Origin: Shigella phage ESh26
Reading direction: 5' to 3' (one strand)
Sequence record: ON528736
Length of the DNA stretch: 64,000 bases
Shown: positions 53,924 through 64,000 of the stretch, piece after piece
How positions within the stretch are numbered: position 1 is the stretch's first letter
How the letters are laid out: every line of letters begins with the position of its first letter
Translations under genes and position numbers: made by a program
The notes under the pieces: generated by a model
The model's input: only the letters and a program-made list of their open reading frames with translations
Told to the model about the DNA's origin: nothing
Database searches by the model: none

Positions 53924-56101
53924 TTAGGCCGCAAGGGCCTTCATAGTTTTAGCGATTTGGGAAACTTCATCATCACTTAAAGAGTTGCGATAACCGATGA
54001 AGTCGGAAACAATACGGAATTTCTTGGTAAACTCAGCAACCATTTTATCACTATTTTTTGAAGCATTATTTGACAATACATCAAAAAGATTAGTTACTGT
54101 CCAGATGTCATGACCGATGGTACCTTTTCCACCGTTGAAATATATGCCCTGTAATGAACTAACCATATTACCAAGGCGAGTATATTCTTCAGAAACTTCA
54201 TCTACACTGAAGTACTTCATCATAAAATCGAGTTCAGGATACTTAATAATTTTATCAATATATCGTTTAGCTGAACTTGAATAACCTACATACTTATCAT
54301 AATCTACAGCATCAAAAGCATCTACATATAAATCACGTAGAGTTTCAAAAATACATTGGCACTGACCAAGTTCTTTTACCTTTTTCTGTAAAAGTGGACG
54401 AATAACATAAAACTCATTAATGCCAATAAGATTAGCCATACGAGTCAAAATACTCGTAGATGGATGACAAAGCGATGTAGTACCATCCATAGAGAAAATA
54501 TCAGAACGATGCATATACGCTACATAACCAGTAATTTCATCTGCTTCTGACGTAAGTGTAAACAATTCCTCTTTTTCCCAGCGCCCATCTTTAATTTCAA
54601 ACTTAAACGCAGTAGCAGTTTTAGGACGAGGAGCTTTACTTTTAACTGCCTTCGGAATATAACTTTTAACTAAAGCTTCAATTTCTGACAAATAATGAAT
54701 GTTAACTTCATCACTTTCAAACATTGCCATAATATCAGGGAGTAAATCAATCTGCGATTCTACTTCCGGATTAATAAACAGAAGACGCTCATTATGATGA
54801 ATATTCAAAGTGTTGTTAAATTCTTTATCATCTAACGCATGCGCTAATCCACGGACAATATTAACACGATTTTTAATATTATCAATAACGATATTAATTT
54901 TTGTTGTATTAATACCGAACAGACGATAACTTGATGCAATGGCTGAAGTTTCATGGCTTTGCTTAATGCGTTTCAGTCGAGGGTCAAGATTTACTTCATA
55001 CACAACTCCTGCATTGCATAGTTTACTATCAGGTTCAAACATGCTTTGCATCTTCTTATATGACAGATTTTTAGTCGTAAATTTGACTGAATTACTAATC
55101 ATATAATCTCGAGCAGAATATCCCATCTTCATCAATTCACGGTATGTATGACGAGGAGATGTAGATTCTTTAAATCGTTTTACATCTTCATTGAATGCCT
55201 TCTCACTAAGCTCTTTAACACGCTCAATAATATTTTTACGGGTACGATCATCTAGTGAAAGAGCTTCGCGTGATGGAGCAATATCAAGTGAACCCATTGG
55301 AAACTTAATGTAATTCACTTCATTGCGGATGCTTAACCAGTTACGGTCTCTAATAACACCATCGATAGGATAAACAATACCACCATAGATAGCATACAAT
55401 CCACCACGATCTGGCCAGTATCTTTCTGGATTTACGCCATAATAATCATCAAAATCCGGAAAATAATCAATTTCGCGGTCAAGACCATTAATAATAGCCA
55501 AATCTTTGAATGGTCGCATGATATAAGAAACTTCATAAGCAAAGTTTCTAAAGTCTTTTTCTTCAACTGGAACTACGATTTCAATACCAGTTTTATCATC
55601 TGGACCCATTTCTTTTACGAATGTAGGTTTAATTTGTGGACCATCGCCATCCATGTAAGCTACATAACCACGAATTTCGCCTTTATGATATGAAGTAATA
55701 CTAAATGTATCAGTATAACTAAACGGAGATTTAGAACCTAAACCAAATCCGCCAATGAAATCGTTAGATTCAGCCTTAGATGAACTAAAGTATGAATTAT
55801 ACAACCCAGGAGAATTATCATCACCTTGAATATCAAAATCGCTCATACCCGGACCAAAATCTCGGCAAACAAATCGCGGATCTAATCGTCCTGGAACTTG
55901 AATGATAAATTTTTCAGGATTTCCATTGAGAGCATGGGCATCAATCATGTTGGTAATCAATTCACGGACTACTGCGCGAATCTTGTTTGTATACAAATCA
56001 GATGACAGAATTTTAAATACTTTAGGATTTGCTGCGATGCTAAATGCTTTTGATTTAGAACCATTACCAAGAATTGTTTCTTTTTCAGTGGTGATAATCA
56101 T
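53924..56101 (-). CDS. rIIA: rIIA protein
   Basis: 725 aa as in T4 rIIA; N-terminal GHKL-ATPase-like region. Confidence 0.95.
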   Translation of the reverse strand: MIITTEKETILGNGSKSKAFSIAANPKVFKILSSDLYTNKIRAVVRELITNMIDAHALNGNPEKFIIQVPGRLDPRFVCRDFGPGMSDFDIQGDDNSPGLYNSYFSSSKAESNDFIGGFGLGSKSPFSYTDTFSITSYHKGEIRGYVAYMDGDGPQIKPTFVKEMGPDDKTGIEIVVPVEEKDFRNFAYEVSYIMRPFKDLAIINGLDREIDYFPDFDDYYGVNPERYWPDRGGLYAIYGGIVYPIDGVIRDRNWLSIRNEVNYIKFPMGSLDIAPSREALSLDDRTRKNIIERVKELSEKAFNEDVKRFKESTSPRHTYRELMKMGYSARDYMISNSVKFTTKNLSYKKMQSMFEPDSKLCNAGVVYEVNLDPRLKRIKQSHETSAIASSYRLFGINTTKINIVIDNIKNRVNIVRGLAHALDDKEFNNTLNIHHNERLLFINPEVESQIDLLPDIMAMFESDEVNIHYLSEIEALVKSYIPKAVKSKAPRPKTATAFKFEIKDGRWEKEELFTLTSEADEITGYVAYMHRSDIFSMDGTTSLCHPSTSILTRMANLIGINEFYVIRPLLQKKVKELGQCQCIFETLRDLYVDAFDAVDYDKYVGYSSSAKRYIDKIIKYPELDFMMKYFSVDEVSEEYTRLGNMVSSLQGIYFNGGKGTIGHDIWTVTNLFDVLSNNASKNSDKMVAEFTKKFRIVSDFIGYRNSLSDDEVSQIAKTMKALAA

Positions 56102-56111
56102 AATTTCCTCA

Positions 56112-56315
56112 TTAATTCATATTGCGTTTAATAACTTCAGCAACTTCTAGTAGTTCATCTTTAGTTGCAGTGTCAGATTGAATTTTATCTCTAATATCCT
56201 TAAAGCGGTTTTTAAACTCTTCGGCTTCTCCCATATCGAAAAAGCGTTGAATGATTCTATATTCTCGATGAACTGCTTTATCAAAAAGTTCTAAATTTAC
56301 TTTATATGATTTCAT
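56112..56315 (-). CDS. rIIA.1-like small protein (67 aa)
   Basis: ORF between 39 and rIIA. Confidence 0.6.
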   Translation of the reverse strand: MKSYKVNLELFDKAVHREYRIIQRFFDMGEAEEFKNRFKDIRDKIQSDTATKDELLEVAEVIKRNMN

Positions 56316-56340
56316 TTCAATATCCTCATTTGCCCAATTA

Positions 56341-56370
56341 ATTATACCACATCCTTGTGGTAAAGTAAAC
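56341..56370 (-). promoter_or_regulatory. Early promoter (GTTTAC-N18-TATAAT)
   Basis: Reverse complement GTTTACtttaccacaaggatgtggTATAAT. Confidence 0.45.
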
Positions 56371-58187
56371 TACTGGCTCATCCATTCTTTACGAAGGTCA
56401 GCATTATCTCCCATGAGCATTTCAAAAAGCTCTTTCCAGTTCTCAGGAAGTTTAACAACATCATATACTGGGTTTTGAATCATCTCACGATATTCAGATT
56501 TTTCCAAAGAGCCAAGTCCCTTAATATAACGGATGCTATGTTTAGGTAGAGCATCTTTGGCACTCTCATATTCAGCGACTGTATAAAACCATTCTTGTTT
56601 TTTACCGACCTGAGCGATGATTACAGGAGTTTTGACGAAACGAATTCTTCCTTGTTCAAACAGTTCTGGCCAATTACTAAAAAATCCGAGCAGAGAAGGA
56701 TAAATGCTTCCTAGACCATCATGGTCAGCATCGGTCATAATAGCAATATTATGATAATTCAAGTTTTCAGCTTTTTCACCAAGAACTAATCCAGTGATTG
56801 CGCAAATATCAAACAGTTCTTTGTTTTTAAGCATATCAGCATATGACATACCCCAACTGTTGAGAACTTTACCACGCAATGGATAACCACCATGAAGTTC
56901 TTTATCACGAACATCAATGAGATATCCGATAGCAGAATCACCCTCAGTCAAGAAAAGAGTCGTGTCAGCATCTTTACCACAAAGATTCGCTTTAATATGT
57001 TTATGAACCTTAGCTTTAGAAGCCTTTTTAGCTGCTTTAGTTTCTGCTGCCTTTTCTGCCGCCAATTTACGAGCCAAGGCAGCTTCAATAATTGGCATTA
57101 AAATTGCTTCATTATTTAAAATAGCGCGTGAAATCTTTTTAGCATCAAGCTGAATATGACTACGAATTTCACCAAATGGAGAAGTCAAACGCTCTTTAGT
57201 TTGAGAATCAAATCGCATGTTTTTCATATCACGAACAAACATGACGATAGTCAAACATTCTTTAACACGTGCTTTAGTTACATCAATTTTGAACTTGCGT
57301 TTGATTTGTGGAATAAGGTCTTCACAAATATCATCCATAACACAATCAATGTGATGGCCACCATTCTTAGTATGAATGTTATTGACGTATGTTAATTGAC
57401 GAAAACCATCCGGTGAACGACCAACCGCAATAGAACAATTTTCTTGTTCTTGAACAATAGCATGCTCATCATATTGGCGTGCATATTTCTTAAAATTACC
57501 CTGAACCTTTTTACCGTTAAAGGTAAATTGAATATCAGGATAAACTACTGCAAGTGTCTGGAGACGATCTAATGTAATGTCAAGATAAACTTGAGATAGC
57601 TCATTAGTTTCAAATGACATAAAATCAGGAATGAAAGTAACACGAGTTCCTTTCCATTTTCCGGGAATATCTTCCCATGATTTATTTTCCATGCCATTTG
57701 AACAACGAACTACAATATTATTTTGACCGTCGCCAGTTTCACCGACAAACATCACAGAAAAAATGTTAGTTAAACTAGAACCAACACCATTCATACCGCC
57801 AGTGACGCGTTCTTTGTCATCACCAAAGTTACCACCTGCTTTTGGAATAGTCCAGGCAGCAACAGGACCAGGAATTTCTTCACCAGTAGGTGTTTTAACC
57901 ATCGCCTGTGGAATACCGCGACCGTTATCTTCAACTGTTACTTGATTGTTTTTGATAGTAACATTAATTTTATTTGCGAATTTAAACTTAGTACGAATAC
58001 CTTCATCTACTGAGTTATCGATAATTTCATCAATAAGCTTAACAAGACCAGGTACATACTGAACACTTTCCCATTTACCAAACAGAAAGCGCTCATGCAT
58101 TTCATTAGCAGAAGAACCAATGTACATGCCGCTACGCTTTTTGATATGTTCAATATCGCTCAGAATTTTAATTTCATTCTTAATCAT
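56370..58187 (-). CDS. 39: DNA topoisomerase II large subunit gp39, unsplit
   Basis: About 605 aa continuous ORF with GyrB-like ATPase and TOPRIM regions; no gene 60 split. Confidence 0.95.
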   Translation of the reverse strand: MIKNEIKILSDIEHIKKRSGMYIGSSANEMHERFLFGKWESVQYVPGLVKLIDEIIDNSVDEGIRTKFKFANKINVTIKNNQVTVEDNGRGIPQAMVKTPTGEEIPGPVAAWTIPKAGGNFGDDKERVTGGMNGVGSSLTNIFSVMFVGETGDGQNNIVVRCSNGMENKSWEDIPGKWKGTRVTFIPDFMSFETNELSQVYLDITLDRLQTLAVVYPDIQFTFNGKKVQGNFKKYARQYDEHAIVQEQENCSIAVGRSPDGFRQLTYVNNIHTKNGGHHIDCVMDDICEDLIPQIKRKFKIDVTKARVKECLTIVMFVRDMKNMRFDSQTKERLTSPFGEIRSHIQLDAKKISRAILNNEAILMPIIEAALARKLAAEKAAETKAAKKASKAKVHKHIKANLCGKDADTTLFLTEGDSAIGYLIDVRDKELHGGYPLRGKVLNSWGMSYADMLKNKELFDICAITGLVLGEKAENLNYHNIAIMTDADHDGLGSIYPSLLGFFSNWPELFEQGRIRFVKTPVIIAQVGKKQEWFYTVAEYESAKDALPKHSIRYIKGLGSLEKSEYREMIQNPVYDVVKLPENWKELFEMLMGDNADLRKEWMSQ

Positions 58188-58256
58188 CACTTATCCTCGT
58201 TTGGTTTCGGGAATATTATACTCCGGTAATCATAAAGCTAAAGGCCCGAAGGCCTT

Positions 58257-58529
58257 TTATTTAAAACGGATAGTCGAATCCTTGAAGAATAGACCAGAAC
58301 ATACGGTTCCTTCTACTTTCTGCCCGGTAGGTCCAATAGCACGAAATCCAGTATGTTGGAAATCATTTTCAGAGCAACCGAACCAATTGTATCCAGTGAT
58401 TTCAATATTAGTAAACCCACTTGAATACAAAACTTTGGTTGCATTATCAGCATCAGTACATCCTGCTAAAGACACTGCTAATACTAATGCCGCGATAGAA
58501 CGATTAACATATTTCATAATTTCACTCAA
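58257..58529 (-). CDS. Putative lipoprotein (90 aa)
   Basis: Signal peptide with lipobox SLAGC|T. Confidence 0.5.
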   Translation of the reverse strand: MSEIMKYVNRSIAALVLAVSLAGCTDADNATKVLYSSGFTNIEITGYNWFGCSENDFQHTGFRAIGPTGQKVEGTVCSGLFFKDSTIRFK

Positions 58530-58893
58530 ATTTAATGGCTTGAAGGAGACTAATAATTCTCAAGCGGCTTCTTTCATCTTTAACCGTAAAAGAAAGAGGG
58601 TCGCCAGATTTCATAGTGATAGTGCATTCAAAACTAAAATCTTCTGTAACTTCTTCGAAGAAGTCAAATTCTTCATCATAAATTAGAACATTACTCTGAA
58701 AACTGTGAAGAATTTTTCCATCATTTCCAGATGCTGTACTAATCATTGTAACATTATGGCCTTTCATATCTTCAACGATAAATTCGCTTGTAGATATTAC
58801 GGCATTAATAGAACCATTCCTATAAATAGAAGAAAGTAGATATTTCTTTTCTTCACCTTCGCGAACACGATATTTCTTACCGATTTTAAACAT
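58522..58893 (-). CDS. Hypothetical protein (123 aa)
   Basis: ORF. Confidence 0.5.
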   Translation of the reverse strand: MFKIGKKYRVREGEEKKYLLSSIYRNGSINAVISTSEFIVEDMKGHNVTMISTASGNDGKILHSFQSNVLIYDEEFDFFEEVTEDFSFECTITMKSGDPLSFTVKDERSRLRIISLLQAIKFE

Positions 58894-58895
58894 AA

Positions 58896-59072
58896 TTACC
58901 CTTTAAGTAAGTCGTAAAATCCACCATTCACATGCTTAGGAGCAGAAGGCCGACGAGTAGACAGACGATGACATTTAGGGCAAACATCATTTTCTCGTTC
59001 AGAAATCTTTTTAATTTTTTCATATTCATGCCCGCAATCTTCGGATTGGCATTTATAATCATACATTGGCAT
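58896..59072 (-). CDS. Possible small zinc-ribbon protein (about 58 aa)
   Basis: Hand-called; two Cys pairs (C-x4-C ... C-x2-C): MPMYDYKCQSEDCGHEYEK...VCPKCHRL. Confidence 0.35.
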   Translation of the reverse strand: MPMYDYKCQSEDCGHEYEKIKKISERENDVCPKCHRLSTRRPSAPKHVNGGFYDLLKG

Positions 59073-59074
59073 AA

Positions 59075-59494
59075 TTATTCCTTAAAGTGTGCTTTCAACA
59101 TCTGATACAAGGACCATGCCTGTTCATTATTTTCAATAGTAACTTTCATGACAGGAAATGCTGTGAAATCTTCTATTTGTTCTTGCTCTTCCTGCTCTTG
59201 CTCTTCAGCTGCCTGATATGGATTTTCAACTTCATCAAAGAACTCAGCTTCGTTAGTAGAAAGCCAGATAAAGTTTTCATCAAGGATATCACCATGTTTT
59301 GCATATCCAATTGTGCCAGTAAATGACATAATTTTAGTAGGACGCCCAAGATAATCAGCATCTAAAATTTTAAAAGGATGCATACCTAAACGGCGCGCAT
59401 AGATTCCATTATCAGTATGGTCTTTAATAAAATTTTCTTGAGCTTGTTTATTTTTAAATTGATACCATTTATTAACTTCAAATTTAATAGCCAT
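59075..59494 (-). CDS. Hypothetical protein (139 aa) with acidic [10 protein letters not shown] tract
   Basis: ORF in the 39-motB interval. Confidence 0.5.
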   Translation of the reverse strand: MAIKFEVNKWYQFKNKQAQENFIKDHTDNGIYARRLGMHPFKILDADYLGRPTKIMSFTGTIGYAKHGDILDENFIWLSTNEAEFFDEVENPYQAAEEQEQEEQEQIEDFTAFPVMKVTIENNEQAWSLYQMLKAHFKE

Positions 59495-59709
59495 TAATAA
59501 ATTTCCTTCCAGTAAGTTGTGCCATCTTCAGTAATTTCACGGAATACACCGTAAATTGGTTGTTTATCGCCGACTTTCTCATACACATAAACCGAAGTCA
59601 AGTGAGTAAACTTAACAGTATGTTCCTTTTGAACTACTACCAAATCTGGATCGAATAATACATCTTCAAATTCATCATTAGTGCAATTCTGAACAATTTT
59701 GCGTTTCAT
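59494..59709 (-). CDS. Hypothetical protein (71 aa)
   Basis: ORF. Confidence 0.45.
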   Translation of the reverse strand: MKRKIVQNCTNDEFEDVLFDPDLVVVQKEHTVKFTHLTSVYVYEKVGDKQPIYGVFREITEDGTTYWKEIY

Positions 59710-59722
59710 TACAATTTCCTCA

Positions 59723-60004
59723 TTAATTGAACAGTGGAGCGATGCGTTTCAGAAGAGTAGCAGCACCTTTGGCGAATTTTACATCATGAAAAACAGTTTC
59801 TTCTTCCGTTACAACACGAGCTTTAATGTTTTCACAATCCCAATTTTTACGAACAATCTTCAAAAGCTGCAGTAAATCTTTACATTCAGCAATATCGATA
59901 ACACATCCACGAGAATCTTCCATTATCGCACGATAACCGTAAGCCATACCATAATCGTTGAAAGATTGTTCGATGATAATTAAGTTTTCCATTTTATTCT
60001 CCAA
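59723..60004 (-). CDS. Hypothetical protein (93 aa)
   Basis: ORF downstream of a stem-loop/promoter element. Confidence 0.5.
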   Translation of the reverse strand: MENKMENLIIIEQSFNDYGMAYGYRAIMEDSRGCVIDIAECKDLLQLLKIVRKNWDCENIKARVVTEEETVFHDVKFAKGAATLLKRIAPLFN

Positions 60005-60017
60005 GTTGTTTTCTGTA

Positions 60018-60059
60018 TCAGTAGTTGATATTGATATAGTACCATAATCAACTACTGAT
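60018..60059 (-). promoter_or_regulatory. 12-bp perfect inverted repeat enclosing a -10-like TACTAT (PeSL-like element)
   Basis: tcagtagttgat ... atcaactactga. Confidence 0.45.
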
Positions 60060-60089
60060 GTATATAGTTTTATGAAAAAATTTTAAACT

Positions 60090-60587
60090 TTATGCACAGC
60101 GAGCTTTGCTATAGTGTTTAATCCAACTTTCAGGAATGACTTTGTATGTTCCTAAAAATACCGCGTTGTACAACTTAACGCCATCTTCTACCCACTGATC
60201 GGTAATGTATGCACACATAGCGCGAGTACGATGTTTTTGAACAACACCTTCCTCATCTTCAGTAAATTCGAATTCATAAGGAGCAACGAACTTAATAGCT
60301 TGACCGAGTTTCCACTTAAAGTCTACGCCTACATGCGAAGTATCAATCGTTTCAATTCCTTTAGCAGGAACAGCTTTCAAAAACGCAGACTCAAGAAATT
60401 TCGCACGAACATAGCCAAACTGAGGTTTAGACTTTCCATCTTTAGGAATGATACGCACTTTTACTTCAGAATCTTCATCTTTAACACCGTGTTTAAGCTG
60501 AATGCTTACAATTTCAACCAATTTTCCTGCTGCTTTAGAGCGGGATTTATCAGATACACGAGCTAATTCACCAATATTAATAATCAT
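60090..60587 (-). CDS. motB: MotB-like protein (165 aa)
   Basis: Size and position consistent with T4 MotB (about 162 aa) upstream of dexA; downstream of an early promoter. Confidence 0.6.
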   Translation of the reverse strand: MIINIGELARVSDKSRSKAAGKLVEIVSIQLKHGVKDEDSEVKVRIIPKDGKSKPQFGYVRAKFLESAFLKAVPAKGIETIDTSHVGVDFKWKLGQAIKFVAPYEFEFTEDEEGVVQKHRTRAMCAYITDQWVEDGVKLYNAVFLGTYKVIPESWIKHYSKARCA

Positions 60588-60632
60588 AGTTATCTCTCAC
60601 TTGTTAAAAAGATTTTATACTCCACAGGACCA

Positions 60633-60662
60633 TTATACTCTGGTCCCAAGAGTTTGTAAACT
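60633..60662 (-). promoter_or_regulatory. Early promoter (GTTTAC-N18-TATAAT) with flanking ggacc/ggtcc inverted repeat
   Basis: Read on the reverse complement. Confidence 0.5.
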
Positions 60663-60663
60663 A

Positions 60664-61206
60664 TTAATTCAAAATAGCTACCACTGCACTACGAGGTACT
60701 ACACTAAAATCACCCGCATGAACAACGTTCAGAAGTTCAACACCATCTTCAATCCACTGGTCTGTTACCCAACCACAGACCGAAATAAATGGGGTCTTGA
60801 TAGCTACAGCACGAGTTAGAAGGTCAGTAGGATCGCATTCTTGGAAGAGGATAAGCTCTGCTTCAAAGACTATAGTTTTAATTACTTCATCATTATCTAA
60901 GCGTTGTGCTCGAATCACGTAAGCTTTATTCTTATCATGCCAATTACTTTTTGAAAAACTTTTAACCACAAACTCGCCTTCACCCAAAACACTGGTCAAT
61001 GCTTTATAACCCAAACTTAGTTCAGTAGTTTTAATTTCAGTTTCAACCAGTTTGTAGGTTTTGCCAATTTCGATGGTCCGAGCAGTCATAAAGGTTTCCT
61101 TAATTTCTAATGGTTTAACAAGAGTGCCGTACATGCTTGCTATATCCATATCAAATATTTTATCTATAGGATTTGGGGTGTATTCAGGATTATAATTAAA
61201 TTTCAT
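60664..61206 (-). CDS. MotB-like paralog (180 aa)
   Basis: Shares C-terminal motif (C.W.TDQWIEDGV.L.NVV..G.F.VVP) with the adjacent motB-like ORF (CAYITDQWVEDGVKLYNAVFLGTYKVIP). Confidence 0.55.
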   Translation of the reverse strand: MKFNYNPEYTPNPIDKIFDMDIASMYGTLVKPLEIKETFMTARTIEIGKTYKLVETEIKTTELSLGYKALTSVLGEGEFVVKSFSKSNWHDKNKAYVIRAQRLDNDEVIKTIVFEAELILFQECDPTDLLTRAVAIKTPFISVCGWVTDQWIEDGVELLNVVHAGDFSVVPRSAVVAILN

Positions 61207-61208
61207 AA

Positions 61209-61721
61209 TTATCTCATTTCAATAAAATCTACAAGTTCAGCATGGGATTTGCGGAACATTACTTGGTGTCCGCCAATGATAACTTCATCTTCAGGAACTT
61301 CATAAATCGCAATGTACATTCCACGATCTTTTAAGTCTTCACGCTCTTCTCGGGTGAACCATCTCATCATATCATATTCATTAGCGAAAGCAAAATGATA
61401 TAATGAAATAAGCCACAATGGAATATAATTTTCAAATTGTGAATAATCTTTATTCCATTTAGTTTTAATAGCATCATTAGCATTTTCAACTAATAACTTA
61501 TCATCATGCGGAATAGGAATACTTTCATGGCTTTCATAATTATCGCTATGATGATGAAATGATGATGAATTAATACCACAAAATTTTAGCCAGGTTCGAG
61601 TTTTCATAGAATCAAATCCACGGTAAGGAGTTGATTGAACGCATAACTCTTGCCTAATTTTCACTATACCACTATCATCATTTAATGCGCTAAACGATGA
61701 TTCAACACGATAAATTTTCAT
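61209..61721 (-). CDS. Hypothetical protein (about 170 aa), His-rich segment
   Basis: Internal ATG with GAGGA Shine-Dalgarno; tracked ORF is over-extended through the promoter. Confidence 0.5.
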   Translation of the reverse strand: MKIYRVESSFSALNDDSGIVKIRQELCVQSTPYRGFDSMKTRTWLKFCGINSSSFHHHSDNYESHESIPIPHDDKLLVENANDAIKTKWNKDYSQFENYIPLWLISLYHFAFANEYDMMRWFTREEREDLKDRGMYIAIYEVPEDEVIIGGHQVMFRKSHAELVDFIEMR

Positions 61722-61748
61722 TTTATTATCCTCAGTAGCTATGGTGTT

Positions 61749-61778
61749 ATAATACCACAACTAACCGAGGAAGTAAAC
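61749..61778 (-). promoter_or_regulatory. Early promoter (GTTTAC-N18-TATTAT)
   Basis: Read on the reverse complement. Confidence 0.5.
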
Positions 61779-61784
61779 AACTTT

Positions 61785-62468
61785 TTATCGTTTTGTTGGA
61801 AGAGAAAGAGGATCGCACTCTTCCTCTGACGGAGCATCTTCAAGACCCATAGCATATCGCAAAGCATACTTCATCATCAGGATGTCTTTCGCGCAGTCAT
61901 GAATAGAATCATGTGCAACGAATCCATCTAAAGTTCCCTTTGGAAGAGGACACGTGGTCATATCACGAACAAGCAGAAGTGCTTCAATTCTGGTACGAAT
62001 ATCACGCTGATTCCAGAATTTACAAGGTTCTAACTTAAACGTATCAAGCTCATTCTCAGATACACCATTGAGACGCTGAATATCGCGAATGAGATCAACT
62101 AAAATAGGAAAATCAAACGACATTCCACGGCACCAGCCTTGAGATTTCCAAGGATCGATGTTATGTGCATTGATGTAATCATTAAATTTTGCAATACCAT
62201 CGATAGTGCTTACATCTTCATCTGATGGTGCAATATTTTTTCGAGCTTCAGGAGATTGATTTTTCCACCATTCGATAGTGCTTTTAGTAAAAAGACGATG
62301 TCCTTTTTGGCTTTTTAAATCAAACTTGATTTTAATGCCGCGTGAAACTAATTCATCAAATGTTTCAACTACTTCCGGATTAGGGTCAAAGGCAATAACA
62401 GCCAAATCAATAACAGCTGCCTTTTCACCGCTTCCCATTGTTTCAAAATCTATAATAAAATCAAACAT
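61785..62468 (-). CDS. dexA: Exonuclease A
   Basis: 227 aa; DEDD-type exonuclease motif FDFIIDFET; matches T4 DexA as recalled. Confidence 0.9.
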   Translation of the reverse strand: MFDFIIDFETMGSGEKAAVIDLAVIAFDPNPEVVETFDELVSRGIKIKFDLKSQKGHRLFTKSTIEWWKNQSPEARKNIAPSDEDVSTIDGIAKFNDYINAHNIDPWKSQGWCRGMSFDFPILVDLIRDIQRLNGVSENELDTFKLEPCKFWNQRDIRTRIEALLLVRDMTTCPLPKGTLDGFVAHDSIHDCAKDILMMKYALRYAMGLEDAPSEEECDPLSLPTKR

Positions 62469-62743
62469 TAAATTTTCCTCGCTAAATCGCGAATTTGACC
62501 TACAGTATAATCTTGGATATAAACTTTATTAATGGGCTCATCAATAAATTTTGCCATAGATTCAATATCTTTTTGTATCTCTTCAAGACTGTATACTATC
62601 TTTAAAGCTTTTTCGCGAATAGTAACATTATCAGGTCCTGAATTTTCTTGGATGACAGCTTTAACATTTGTCATAAGAGATTTAAACTGCTGCAAACTTA
62701 ATTCAATCATTAATAACCGCCTTATAAAGATGGCTAATTTCAC
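62468..62743 (-). CDS. Hypothetical protein (91 aa)
   Basis: ORF between dda and dexA. Confidence 0.45.
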   Translation of the reverse strand: MKLAIFIRRLLMIELSLQQFKSLMTNVKAVIQENSGPDNVTIREKALKIVYSLEEIQKDIESMAKFIDEPINKVYIQDYTVGQIRDLARKI

Positions 62744-62963
62744 CTAAAACATAATCACTGATTGTAACAGTTTTCACTTCACCGCAAAAGAATTCTAATG
62801 CAATCAAATCTCGTTCAATTTCTTCCAATTGAAGCATTAACTTGCCTGATTCAATTTTCACGTTTTTGCGATTTTTACTATAAGCTATTTCATAAATTTC
62901 GCTCACTTTATCTTGAAGTAGATAAAACTGGTCTTTAGTTATTTCCACGAATAGCTTCCTCAA
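62703..62963 (-). CDS. Hypothetical protein (86 aa)
   Basis: ORF. Confidence 0.45.
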   Translation of the reverse strand: MRKLFVEITKDQFYLLQDKVSEIYEIAYSKNRKNVKIESGKLMLQLEEIERDLIALEFFCGEVKTVTISDYVLGEISHLYKAVIND

Positions 62964-63195
62964 ATTTAATCAGCAGCTTACAGACACTTTCATCTAGCGT
63001 AATTACCGTGTCTGTGTTACTGTGATATGATTGTTTTTCAATTCGTTTAATTGCTAGTATAGTATCACTTATAAGATTAAGCTTATAAAGGAGCTCAGCT
63101 CCTGTTACCATAACACTGAGGTTATCTTGCTTATCAGTATGCTTCTTTATACCATCTATTAGACGATTTAAATATTTTGAATTGATGTTAATCAT
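62935..63195 (-). CDS. Hypothetical protein (86 aa)
   Basis: ORF. Confidence 0.45.
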   Translation of the reverse strand: MININSKYLNRLIDGIKKHTDKQDNLSVMVTGAELLYKLNLISDTILAIKRIEKQSYHSNTDTVITLDESVCKLLIKFEEAIRGNN

Positions 63196-63201
63196 ATATC
63201 C

Positions 63202-64000
63202 TCACACATAAAACACATCATAACGACCACGAGTGACACCAACATAAAGAAGCTGCTGAGCCAATTCAGCATCTGCATAATGAATACAAGGCGTATAGAT
63301 GAAAGCCCGGTCTACAGACATGCCCTGAGCTTTGTGGAATGTTGATGCAGGAAGTGCTTTCACTTTACTAAACTGTGATTTAGCATCCCAAAAATCACTC
63401 CACGGAGCTTTTCCACCTTTATTCCAATTTTTATAAGTTTCTGCCGTTTTACCTAAAAATAAGTTAAACTTATACAGCTCTTCATCGGATGAAATTATTT
63501 TAATCTTTTCACGATAATATTCATCATCGCCGTAAGTTTCTACTGTTAAATCCCAATGACGAATTAGATATTCTCCAGAAACACCACGAGCTTTAACAAA
63601 CGTTGATGTATACTCTGCTTCTATAATACGAACTAATTGTCCGTTATTAAAAATAATTTCTGACACAGGCTTTCCATCAATTTTATATGTTTTAATTAAT
63701 GGTTCCTGCATTACAATAATTTCACCAACGATAAAATCTTTATCAGTTTCAAAAATCTTTTTGCGAATAATGCTATTTAACTTATCAACAGATTTATTCG
63801 TAAATGCCATTACGCGATTTTCAAACAAATCATCTAGTGATTTTACGATTGAAAAATAATTTACCATAAAATCGCGTAAAGCGGTATCACCAGTAAATCC
63901 ACGTACTCCATGCCCGTCAACAACTTTATCATAAATCCACTTACCGTTGCGAACATCAGTAGCTACATCAATAATAGGAGCATTACTGCGTTTAACTTCA
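63202..64000 (-). CDS. dda: Dda DNA helicase, C-terminal part (5' end outside the window)
   Basis: Frame stays open upstream of the tracked start to the window edge; SF1 helicase C-terminal region; position upstream of dexA. Confidence 0.85.
   Translation of the reverse strand, partial: EVKRSNAPIIDVATDVRNGKWIYDKVVDGHGVRGFTGDTALRDFMVNYFSIVKSLDDLFENRVMAFTNKSVDKLNSIIRKKIFETDKDFIVGEIIVMQEPLIKTYKIDGKPVSEIIFNNGQLVRIIEAEYTSTFVKARGVSGEYLIRHWDLTVETYGDDEYYREKIKIISSDEELYKFNLFLGKTAETYKNWNKGGKAPWSDFWDAKSQFSKVKALPASTFHKAQGMSVDRAFIYTPCIHYADAELAQQLLYVGVTRGRYDVFYV

Noticed and set aside
58120-58686. 188-aa plus-strand ORF
   Set aside because: Antisense to the gene 39 start and to two minus-strand ORFs; no plus-strand promoter or Shine-Dalgarno context

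Overview
This window reads as a contiguous stretch of a T-even (T4-like, specifically T2/T6-type) Escherichia phage genome, AT-rich and densely packed, with many ATGA/TAATG translationally coupled gene junctions. Calls rest on gene lengths, synteny and protein sequences recognised from the translations; no database search was run. Left to right: late baseplate-hub genes 51(partial)-27-28-29-48-54 on the + strand; then a long block of minus-strand early/middle genes (two tandem alt paralogs, DNA ligase 30, rIII, 31, cd, pseT, alc, rnlA, denA, nrdB, nrdA, td, frd, 32, 59, 33, dsbA, rnh); the + strand long-tail-fibre operon 34-35-36-37-38 and holin t; then minus-strand asiA, arn, motA, 52, stp, ndd, denB, rIIB, rIIA, an unsplit gene 39, motB, dexA and the 3' part of dda. 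T2-type hallmarks are an adhesin-type gp38 with glycine-rich motifs, a gp37 with a C-terminal intramolecular-chaperone-like domain, an unsplit topoisomerase gene 39 (no gene 60), and intron-free td and nrdB with no homing endonuclease genes. I did not find a clearly foreign multi-gene system. The most unusual items are the tandem Alt ADP-ribosyltransferase paralogs, a precisely inserted 68-codon ORF between frd and td, repeated promoter/stem-loop cassettes, and clusters of tiny hydrophobic ORFs around stp. The ORF track appears to use alternative start codons (TTG/GTG/ATT etc.), so several tracked ORFs are over-extended at the 5' end; I trimmed those where protein identity or promoter position made this clear. 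Coordinates of hand-called motifs are approximate (about +/-3 bp).
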